Assembly (NCBI RefSeq): GCF_022045235.1
Contig: NW_027266319.1
Coordinates: forward strand, 40,982,001-41,046,000
Direction: 5' to 3'
Source of the DNA: Haliotis cracherodii
Taxonomy: Eukaryota
Length of the DNA stretch: 64,000 bases
Part shown: in pieces, positions 26,998 to 38,100 of the stretch
Layout: the number at the start of each line of letters is the position of its first letter
How positions within the stretch are numbered: position 1 is the stretch's first letter
Translations under genes and position numbers: made by a program
Notes under the pieces: generated by a model
Databases searched by the model: none
What the model was told of the DNA's origin: nothing
Seen by the model: only the letters and a program-made list of their open reading frames with translations

Positions 26998-27425
26998 TGG
27001 AGCACACAGTGAGATGAGGGGTGGGATGCTGACAGTGCTGATGGAGCACACCATCCTTGGCCTAACCTCTGATCCCCTAGCCTGATGGAACCTGATAGAA
27101 GTCACCCTCCTGCCCTGATGCAAAGTCACCCTCCTGCCCTGATGGAACTCACCCTGATCCTTCTGCCCCGAAAAAACTCAACCTGCCTCTCCTGCCCCGA
27201 AAGAACTCAGCCTGACCCGTCTGCCCTGAAAGAACTCAGCCTGACCCTTCTGCCCTGATGGAGCTCACCCTGCCCCGCCTGCCCTGATGGAACTCACCCT
27301 GCCCCTCCTGCCCCATTGGAACTCACCCTGCCTCTCCTGCCCTGATGAAACTCACCCTGCCCATATGGAACTCACCCTGATACTCCTGCCCCGATAGATC
27401 TCACCCTGACCATCCAACCCAGATG
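26993..27425. repeat. Degenerate ~29-bp repeat starting at the UXT stop codon (3'UTR)
   Basis: Recurrent CCTGATGGA(A/G)C(T/A)CAC..CTGCC units; the first overlaps GCC-TGA-TGGAGCACAC. Confidence 0.8.
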
Positions 27426-27426
27426 G

Positions 27427-28010
27427 ATCAGGCCTGTGTTGAAGTGAGCCATTGTTTATCAGGCCTGTGTTGAAGTGAGCCATTGTTTATCAGGCCTGTG
27501 GTGAAGGACACCATTGTTTATCAGGCCTGTGTTGAAGTGAGCCATTGTTTATCAGGTTTGTGTTGAAGTGATCCATTGTTTATCAGGCCTGTGTTGAAGT
27601 GAGCCATTGTTTATCAGGCCTGTGTTGAAGTGAGCCATTGTTTATCAGGCCTGTGGTGAAGTGAGCCATTGTTTATCAGGCCTGTGGTGAAGTGAGCCAT
27701 TGTTTATCAGGCCTGTGGTGAAGGACACCATTGTTTATGAGGCCTGTGGTGAAGTGAGCCATTGTTTATCAGGCCTGTGGTGAAGGACACCATTGTTTAT
27801 CAGGCCTGTGTTGAAGTGAGCCATTGTTTATCAGGCCTGTGTTGAAGTGAGCCATTGTTTATCAGGCCTGTGGTGAAGGACACCATTGTTTATCAGGCCT
27901 GTGGTGAAGTGAGCCATTGTTTATCAGGCCTGTGGTAAAGTGAGCCATTGTTTATCAGGCCTGTGTTGAAATAAGCCACTGTGGTGTGTATAATTGTTTA
28001 TCAGGCCTGT
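27427..28010. repeat. 31-bp minisatellite in the predicted UXT 3'UTR (~18 copies)
   Basis: Unit ATCAGGCCTGTG(T/G)TGAAG(TGAG/GACA)CCATTGTTT, upstream of the AATAAA at 28170. Confidence 0.95.
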
Positions 28011-28695
28011 TTAACTGTTTATACAGAGATAAGATTTTCACCCAAGATGCTTTAAGAGTACTCTCCAACTCAAAACATGGAATGAACTTGGGCATATTTA
28101 CAGATCCATGGTTTAGAAATGAATCAGAGTATTGTGAAATAGACACATTGTATATATACTATTCATGACAATAAAACACATCATCATAAACTATAAAGTG
28201 GACAATATCATTTGCCAGATCATTCAGGTGGAGGGACTGTCATATTTGATTTACCAGCTCTGCTCTCCAAATGGGGGTCAAAGGATATCAAACACCTTGA
28301 ATAGCTGACATATTTCTGATGCCGACGCTGAGGATATTTAATGTAAGATTAAAGGACAACTTAATTCTTGTATATGATTACTAAAGATTTGATAATTAGG
28401 AGGTAATTTCTGTTCAGATTTGTAGGTGTTATTGAGTATATGATGCCTGGAAATTTGGAGCCAAATGCTTAATTTTTTTAATTTGTGATGGCGCTCACAC
28501 GCTCCCAGCAAGGTTAGTTACAACGAGGATGCAGTTGGAAAGCAAATATGGACATCATGGACACATATTGTACCTACATTCTATTCCAAATTTGATGTGT
28601 ACATGTGTCGTGTCATGCTGTATATCTGCAGGGCTCTTGAGATCGCGAGAACCACGGAATGGATCCAGGGGTTAGTGTAGGTTTACTGAAATGCT

Positions 28696-29217
28696 TGTGA
28701 TTGAAAGTAACTGCTTTGAACACAAACTATTAACTATTAATTTCAACAAGCTCATTTCACATGTTAAATACCCTAGTCTGGTCTCACAATCAAGAGAATG
28801 GGTCTTTGAAAACTACACAAAGACACACTGTCGTTTGTGCTGTGATGGGTAGATGGCTAAGGTTGTCGTGCATACACATATCTGCGACTTGTGATTGAAA
28901 GTAACTGCTTTGAACACAAACTATTAACTATTAATTTCAACAAGCTCATTTCACATGTTAAATACCCTAGTCTGGTCTCACAATCAAGAGAACGGGTCTT
29001 TGAAAACTACACAAAGACACACTGTCGTTTGTGCTGTGATGGGTAGATGGCTAAGGTTGTCGTGCATACACATATCAGCAACTTGTGATTGAAAGTAACT
29101 GCTTTGAACACAAACTATTAACTATTAATTTCAACAAGCTCATTTCCCATGTTAAATACCCTAGTCTGGTCTCACAATCAAGAGAACGGGTCTTTGAAAA
29201 CCACACAAAGACACACT
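28696..29217. repeat. 193-bp tandem duplication (~2.7 copies)
   Basis: TTGTGATTGAAAGTAACTGC.. recurs at 28696, 28889 and 29082 with near identity. Confidence 0.93.
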
Positions 29218-31149
29218 GTAATAGACACTCAACAAAGACACACTGTAATAGACACTCAACACATCCAAAACACCAACATTTATACTGCAGTTGTGGAACA
29301 CTTTTATTTCGTTACATTATACATGCAGTGACCTGATAGCGCACCCACACAAACTGATTGCAAGTACCATTAGAAAGGAGAGAAATGGGAAGTGACATGC
29401 TGGCCCTGTTGCATGTAATTGATGCAATACACATGTGAACATTGACTAAGACTTTGATATATTTTAACAATATTTTCCATGCAAAACACATGCCATAGAG
29501 AACGCCATTTATCATCCAAAGCTGGCTCCAACAGGAGGTACTGCTGCACTGACATTGCTTCACAATGCTTACCATTGTGACATCATCGGTTACCATGACA
29601 TCACTATCAAATGACATCACTAATGGCTCTGCTACTTAAGCTGATTAGCAGTACATTTTACACTTCTGACATGCTTTTAACTGTCTACAAACTATAAAAG
29701 TTTGAAGAATGATTTTGGATGAAAAAATAGAATCTCACCAGAGTGTCTTTTGATATTAAACATATCAACAATCATTGATAAAAGTTTAAATCTCCTTGGC
29801 TTGGTGGGGGCACGGGTGGCCCAGTCGTCGCGATTCACTGTGCAGAGTTGCGGCCCTTGGGTACGCCAGAAACCTATGATTGTGGGTTCGAATCTCGGTT
29901 CGCCCCGATCATGTTTCTAGGTTTGTCAGCACCATACCTGTGCTCGTGGGTTTCACCGAAGTGGTAAACGTCTGAGACCTGCATCACTTCGGGCTTGCAA
30001 ACATAATAGCTTCTGTCAGTCAAAATATAAATGTGTAGATCAAGTTTTGATCATATCATTTTGGGCATAATTTATTTCATTTTTGGTCGGTGTTGTGAGA
30101 AAATAAAAATGCTTATGGACAGATAAATACCCAAAAAATGACGCTAATTTTATTACCTTTGCACTCCAGTCAGTCAAATATGTAATTCCTGACTCAGAAG
30201 TCTGTTATTAAGTGATAGTGTTTACCATGCTGACTTGTATATGTACTTGGTGTTTGCAAGTACTTTCACAATCAGAAGTTGCCTTCAGTCTTAACTTACA
30301 ACTTCCAGTTGGGCAAACACATGCTAACAACAGAAAAAGCTTAAAGTTGAAAGTACCATGTCTATGGATAGGGAACTGGGAATTCTGGGTTTGAATAGAG
30401 ATCCCCTGCAATTTATGCTTGTCCACCCCATGGGGATTCTGGGCTGGAATATAGGTCCCCATGCTTGTCATGAGAGATAACTAAATGGACCAGGTGGAGC
30501 CTTGGTTGTCCTGGGATCCCAATTGTGTTGAGTGATGTTCATGATGTCAATCATTGGATTGTCTGGTCTAGATATGATTCTTTACAGACTGCTGTCATAT
30601 AGCTGGAACATTGCTGAGTGCAGCGTTCAACAACAAACAAACCAAACGCCCAACTAGGCTAATAAGAAACCCAAATAAACTTATGATGTAATGTGAATAC
30701 TTAGGAGGCCTAGTACAGTACAGAAAGCTCAGTGCTTTATAAGAAAGACATATGCTTTATAATCTGGTGATGTCACATCTGAATTTGGCAACATGGTTAG
30801 TGTAGCATGTATTGTGAAGGAACAAATACCAGTATGACATCATCTAACATCAACTAAGGTGCAACAGTGACTGGCAATGAATGACACAACCACTCCACAA
30901 TGACCTCAAAGATGACTGACATTTGACGAGGGATTCATATATATATATATATATATATTCATATATAAGTCATCAGGGCTGTAGAGGTAAATGTGCCTCG
31001 GAATGAGGATGAAAAAGAGTAACCTTGACCTGTGACTAATCTTGGCTGAAAGTTTTTCAAAGCAGGGACCCATTCTAGTGAAGACATGTACTTTGTTTAA
31101 TGATAAAAGTGCCTGCCGTGATATTGCTTGAAAGTTGCTAAAAGTAGCG

Positions 31150-31590
31150 TAAAGCCAAATGGATCCGTTCACGTGGTTCTTGCAATCTCAAATTAACCGC
31201 CCCTGATTTCCATAAATCACTTTGATTTACTGTGCTACTCAGTCTAACAGACCAATCAGAATGCAAGTTACAAAACAGCCTTAAAATTTGGATCAGCAAT
31301 ATCAACAACATGGCGACCAGTACCACTGATTCTGATAGAGCATGCAAGAAATTCAACATTGAAAAGCTGACTGACATGAGAAAGAAAGCCCTAAATAATG
31401 TTTTTGATGGAAAGGATCTCTTCATGTCTATTAACACTGATGGTGGCAAGTCCCTTCGCTTCCAAGCATTCCCTGCAATCTGCCTAATTCCTTATTCCTT
31501 ATCTCCACATTTGATTGGTCGGTAAAATGTTAATGAAAATGAAGGAGGGTAAATTGAGATTGCAAGAACGTGGAATGGATCCAGGGCTTA
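31150..31590 (+). mobile_element. Non-autonomous TIR element carrying a RecQ-type helicase fragment (AcademH-like)
   Basis: Imperfect ~45-bp TIRs (TGGATCCGTTCACGTGGTTCTTGCAATCTCAAATTAACC and GGTAAATTGAGATTGCAAGAACGTGGAATGGATCCA) enclose KKALNNVFDGKDLFMSINTDGGKSLRFQAFPA, which resembles RecQ motif I (G.D....PTG.GKSLC[YF]Q.PA). Confidence 0.65.
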
Positions 31591-31642
31591 GTATAGGCTT
31601 GCTGAAATGCGAGCCCTGGAGATATGGAGGATGATATAGTCA

Positions 31643-32135
31643 CAGTTGTGCCATGACTGTCAGTAGTGATATTCTAGCTGTAGCAGACGTGGATCAGTCC
31701 AACTGGAGACCAAGGGAAGATAACCAGATGTGCCATTATTGTCAGTAGTGATATTCTAGCTGTAGCAGACGTGGATCAGTCCAACTGGAGACCAAGGGAA
31801 GATAACCAGATGTGCCATTATTGTCAGTAGTGATATTCTAGCAGTAGCAGACGTGGATCAGTCCAACTGGAGACCAAGGGAAGATAACCAGATGTGCCAT
31901 TATTGTCAGTAGTGATATTCTAGCTGTACCAGACGTGGATCAGTCCAACTGGAGACCAAGGGAAGATAACCAGATGTGCCATTATTGTCAGTAGTGATAT
32001 TCTAGCTGTACCAGACGTGGATCAGTCAAACTGGAGTCCAAGGGAAGACGTGCCGTTAACTACCAGTAGTGATATTCTAGCTGTAGCAGACGTGGATCAG
32101 TCAAACTTGAGACCAAGGGAAGATAACCAGTTGTG
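31643..32135. repeat. 82-bp tandem array built from the FAM185A last codons, stop codon and proximal 3'UTR
   Basis: On the minus strand, units read TGG TTA TCT TCC CTT GGT CTC CAG TTG GAC TGA (WLSSLGLQLD*) versus the genuine WLSSLGLKFD*. Five extra stop-containing copies. Confidence 0.93.
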
Positions 32136-35100
32136 ACAAGTGATCCTGACTGCTCCTTTCCTTGTGTGTGCACATATCTCCCCTCCCCCTTGGCTGGTGA
32201 GAAAACCTGAAACAGAAATTGTTTCAGTTATCACAAACGAAGATCTCAGAGAGGCTCTTGTCTGATGGAGTTCGTCACTGGGTCCATCTGTAGTCCAAGT
32301 ATATCCCAATGATGTTGTCCTACAATACCCTTTACACAACGAACATTCAAACTGCATGGATCTTAAAATGCACAAACACAACTTCACTGTTTGGCTGTGC
32401 TCAAAGACAGATCCAGGACTCATAATTGTACACTTTTAGGATGAAAAGCGACAGGCCTCGCCCTGTTATCCTCATTACTGTGCATTAAATGTCACTCACC
32501 CTTTCAACACATTAAAACATTAAATATGGTATGAAGGTTAAGCTGAAATTAGGCTGGTTAAGCTTAAGGTTAAGCTGAAATTAGGCTGAAATAAAATGTT
32601 TGTTCTGACTGGAACTATTTTTTTTGCTCAGTTGTTTTTTTATGCTAAACATACTTTTCACTTTACAAAGAAACACAGTCAAGACAATGACAAGCTCATG
32701 GTGTTGGCTGCAAATGCTTTAACATACAATCATACCCAAGGACCCGAGAGTTTGATGAGGGTCATGTTTGCACAAATATACAACCATTATCTAATGTACA
32801 GATACAACACATCTTCCTGCTGACCTTCATGTTTGGTTTGACCTTTGTGAGATGATGTCGTGTGGTCAAACTTGATGTCATCATCAACAGCCAAGGAATC
32901 AGCTATGACTCTCATTTCGGATTCTAGGTCTTTTCTGCATTTCAGACTGATGTCACCTGCAAATACACACAACACATGTACAGAGAATACTAAACATTGC
33001 TAAATGAGCTCCCTTGTAATACTTATTCACTTGTTTCATGAAAATGGTATCACAAGGGAGCTTGTTTAGTATTTTAATTATTACCTGCCGTTTATACCTT
33101 TTTAAAATGTCATTTGATCAAACTATGGGAATTCCCATCATAAACTAGGTCAAAGATATGAAAACAACATTTCAAGTGTAAATAAGCAGACATCGATGTG
33201 ATCCACAACACGATCAAACTGAGTTTAACAGAATAATACAGATCAAATACATTAAAAGCTGACACATATAACTTTAATACCATACAACTGCCATACTTTA
33301 GAACTCGGCACCAAAACGTTTATAAACATGTCACAATGTCATAGGACATGATATGTGAAAATTTTGTTGCAAGATACACTGGCGAAATAATGCCCTGTGA
33401 CCTCAGCCAAGCAACAGGGTTCCGGGGGTCATCGAGTGTTCATAAGCTCCTCCCAGTGATCTTATCAACCCCACACATTGTCATTGTCAATGTCATTGAA
33501 TAAGCCCAGCGATGTTGAGAGATTAAACAATGTGTAATGTATGAGGTAGGCAACTGGGGTAGGTTATTCACATTGTCAGACCAGTCCCTTAAGTACTGGT
33601 AATAATGGGAGATGACCAAAATTGGTATTGTGTGGCCATAATGGCTGCTGAGAATGAATATAGCTTACTTGGATCAGTAACCATTGGTTAATGTGTTTTG
33701 TTTGTTCAGATGTGACCGGTGTCATCCTGTTTATATAAATGCTCACACTATCAAGCACTAGTTTGCATGGTTCACGTCTCTGTAGCGTGACACCACTGTG
33801 ATGCCGCTACAGACGATGCCCAGCCACTGAAGACTCACCTGCACCACAAGACACATCTACTTTGTCGTGTCGCTCTATGAAGACATCAATATTGCCATTG
33901 TCTATTGCAGCAGTCAAATCTCCATTTAAAGTATCTGAAGGCAATGTTTTAAAGGATGTCAGAAAACATGTTTTATGATAATAGAATTCATCAATACTAA
34001 AATTCTTACGGATGTCCACAATGTGTATTAACTTTTTTCCACTATGTATTTCTAAAATCATTATCAAATAATTTAACTGTCCAAATGAAAAAAAGAGAAT
34101 GGGGTTAGCATGCATTCTATTGTTAGGATTGTGTCAGGCACACTTGTTCACTACCATGTCAAACTCACACTTTATTATATACATGTAGCGGCCTTTATGA
34201 AAATCATTCATCGCGATCCTAGTTTCACATATTTTAAATACACGAATGTATAATCATAAGAATTAATTTTTGGAATATTATAACAGGATGTGGATATTAA
34301 AATCTCTCACTCTCTCTCTCCATGTGACTTCTATTCAACAATTCTTGATGTCATCGTTTCAAATTGGCAACAGATTGATTTCAATTATGCAGCTTAAATA
34401 CACAACAGGTCAAGTTCCAGTTGACATCCGTATGACCAAAATGTGGACATTTCAATGATTATATATTACTCATTGCAGTTTATATATCACACACATATAT
34501 ATATGTATCAATAGTGACTGGTTTCAGGTCAGCTTCCCAAAGTCATACTGGATCTACTACTTCAAACAGACTGCATTTTCTTCAGCTGATTTTGAAACTC
34601 AAGGGAGATAACTCAGATCATACAACAGTCATGACTGTTCTGCTGGGTGGGGCTGTGTGGCCTGCTTTGTCCTAGGACGTCCTATCACAGGGTGGAGCTG
34701 CAAGGTTCAGAGTAGGTTAAGATGTACCAGTACACACCTACAGTGAGGTTCCCAGTGTCAATTTTTACATCAGTATTTCCATGGCAAGAACCAAGATGTA
34801 CATCACCATGGCAACTGAAGAAGTGACTCTTGTCTGCATAGATGGCCCCTATATGTAAGTCTCCTGCGTCTGTGATACACTCTACAGTTGAACCCTGGAA
34901 GCGTTTCCCCTTGATATACTGAAAGGAAGAGTGTTCAGTGAGTGAGCAACTCTTATTAAGTTTACAGATTTGAACAAAAAAAAACACAATCAGAAAACAG
35001 AAATAGTTTCAAGTTATTTTTTATTTAGCTGACCACTCAATCTTTGATGGAAGACAAAAATAAAAAGTCAGCCACAAAAACCTAATTGTTAGCTTTTTAA

Positions 35101-38100
35101 ATCATGAATGACTGTGCACATTCTCAGCTACTAGGAACACAATATAAGTTCTCCTCTGCAACATTAAATACATATACAGTAAAGTACAGTTACAACGAAC
35201 TCAAAGGGACTACTAATTTTAGTTCGTTATAACCGTAGTTCGTTATAAGCATATATACAGCATAACTAAAGCAAATAGTCTGGACCAAAAAAGTAAGTTT
35301 GTTATATCCGTCAGTTCGTTATAAGCATGTTCGTTATAACCGTAGTTTACTGTATATATTATTGTAAAAGCATTAAACATGTTGCACTAACAGATTTACC
35401 ATTTGATGGTGGACAAGGTGGGTGTGTTTGACGTAGCCTTGATGTTGGACAAGTTGTTAGATGCGGCCTTGAACATTATTTCAGTTCTGTCAGTTTAATG
35501 TGGAAAGAAAACCCACAGTGATGCAGGCTAAACTCTGTAACCTGGCACAGTGTTGCCACCAAACTAACTTAAGTTAAGGGATTCTTGTCATAACTCTAAA
35601 TTTTAAAGTTAAAAAAAAAGAGTGTGGACATTGGTATCAAACCTGGGATTTGCCCCATGACCAGAGGCCCTGAAGCTGAAGATGAAGCTCAGTGAGCCAG
35701 ACATGCCAGATATCCCATTTGTGTTTTGAAAATATTGATTTGATATAAGAATACTGTAGAGACTTTATCAAATATTAATTATTACTCAGGGCACTGAAAT
35801 GACACAACACGAAAAGTTGGTTGCCATGGAGACATCAATTTACCCCTTTTCCTGCGGCTCTGAGTGTGATGTTTCCCTGCAGCAGAGAGTCACTAGTGAT
35901 ATTCCCATTACTACATTCCACTGCCACCCGGCCACTCTGAAAGGAGGAAGACATCTTATGATTTGTTTACTTGTTGATAATCATTCAGATTATATATATT
36001 TTTTTTGAAAAGTGCAAAAAAGTAACAGATAGATTTGAAACAGAATCAACAAAGTGGCCTAGCCTGGGGATAAAATATGGTGATAAAATTTGGGGGTGGG
36101 GAGGTGGGCTGAAATGATTCACAGTTTGGGGCATAGGCAGAGAGAGTTATTTAATTGATAAACATGATGAGTATTGGACATATTATACCTATTTTCCTGA
36201 TGTTATTTGATTTTGACAAACTGGCATCCTCTGGGAGGGCTGGGAATAACAACATGTTGGGAGTGTTTTTCCCCAAAATGTAATCAATGTACAATTATAT
36301 TTGTTTTTCTATATACTCATTCAGGAAAAATTGCCACATACGCCCTGGTCCCCATAATGACTTAAATAATATCTTCCTAAATAGTGTATTCAGAACAGTG
36401 GAACACCAGACAAATGTCAGTCATGTGAGAAAGACAGTACCTTCACACTCTTCAACAGGCAGTCTCCCCTTGTGAGCACCACATCAATATCAGCACACTC
36501 CGTCTTTTTGATAGACACATCACATGGCTGTGTATTTCTCACTCTCACATCTAAATAACAAAGAGTGAGTGATCAGGCAATTCAGGGCTAGATTGATGAA
36601 ATACCCGCTTTTATGTCGTAAACATGCAAGATTTTTGTTTTGTCATACAAATATTTTCTAAAAACAGTTGAGATGCCGTGTTTGTCATCCCAGTCTCTTC
36701 GGTCCTGCATTTTCATGGACTTAGAGCGTGATATTTGTTCCTCTTTTCAGTTCCTGTCGCTGGCAGATCACACAAAAAGTATTGCCAAAGCTGCATACAA
36801 TTAGTTTTGTTTGTTTGTTGTTTAACTCTGCACTTACTCCACTCAGCAATATTCCAGCTATATGACGGCGGTCTGTAAATAATCAAGTCTGGACCAGACA
36901 ATCCACTGATTGACATGAGCATCAATCTACACAATTGGGATACAATGACATGCATCAACCAAGTCAGCGAGCCTGACCACCAAATCCTGTTAGTCATCTC
37001 TTACAACTAGCATAGTCACCTTATATGGCAAACATGGGTTATATTTATTCTGAACCCCCCCTAGATAATTAGACCCCCAAAATGTCTGAGGTTATAAAAA
37101 TTCCACAAAAGACCTCCTATATGTTTTCCCTTCAAAATGGCGTCCCCCATGGTACAAGTTTTTTTGTCACAATTTATTGTTTTATTGCATTTTGACAGCT
37201 GCACAATCTGATATATTATGAAGACTCTTGGCAAATATGTTCTCAAATGTCATTGTGAACTATTTTGTCATTTCATATTTGATTACAGGTACATTCATTT
37301 GAGTGTTTAACGCACCTCATTTAACAGTCTGCCCAAATTAACTCGAACACATATCATCCTACCTACTGACCTGTCTTTCTTTATTTTTGGTGACACACAA
37401 TTTCATTTTTTTGCAACATTTTGATACATAAATATATTTTCAAGCACTTTTGGGGCAGTTTCTTTTTTTCAATAAAATCCCTAAAAGTCTACTGCATATT
37501 TAAGTACTTAAACAAAACTAGCTCTTCTTCAAATGCTGTTTCAGGTGACTTCTAATTTGCAATTGTGCATCAAGTGATCACAGCCCCCCCTAAGTGTGTC
37601 CCATGTCACACTGACACACAACAGTCTGACATTTATCTCCGCTCCATCAATCAGCACAGCACTTCCATGCATTAATATACTGCATTTGAGTTCATGCATG
37701 CGTGATGCCTGCATTCAATCAGATACAAAACACAGGTGTGCATCTGAGTTAATATATCGTGTTTTATTTGAAAATTGCATGCATATTTGTATGCAAGCCA
37801 CTCAGAATTAATTGGGTACCGGGTCGTCATAGGTCATGATTTATTTATCATATTTATGTATTTCATGCAAACACGAAGGGATCTGGAGCTCTGAACTACA
37901 TACAGTGCAACCCTTTACTATCTAGCTCATTACTGATTCCTACTAACGTAAATGAACATCTCCGTAACAAATGTCTGCATGTTTTAAATGTATTTTTTAA
38001 GTTTTCTTTTTTTTCTGGTTCTATTCAAAGTTTGGAAAATATTGCAGCCCATATTTAAGAAGAAACTTGAAGAATAATTTACACTGCAATTTACACTGTA

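Noticed and set aside
27090-27425. Hammerhead retrozyme suggested by CTGATG(A/G) in tandem units
   Set aside because: The units are too short and lack the stem II-GAAA-stem III arrangement. The motif is better explained by the UXT stop context.
27427-28010. CRISPR-like regular 31-bp repeats (also the 24-, 25- and 49-bp arrays)
   Set aside because: Head-to-tail units with no unique spacers, no cas genes, and a eukaryotic context.
32787-32824. FAM185A ending at the in-frame stop at 32787, as in the ORF track
   Set aside because: A phase-compatible donor at 32824 joins exon 32206-32097, which encodes the family-like W..SL.L C-terminus. Intron read-through remains a possible minor isoform.
35400-35486. 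Possible extra FAM185A exon (AG..GTAAAT on the minus strand)
   Set aside because: It introduces an immediate stop in the required phase, and the flanking exons join cleanly without it.
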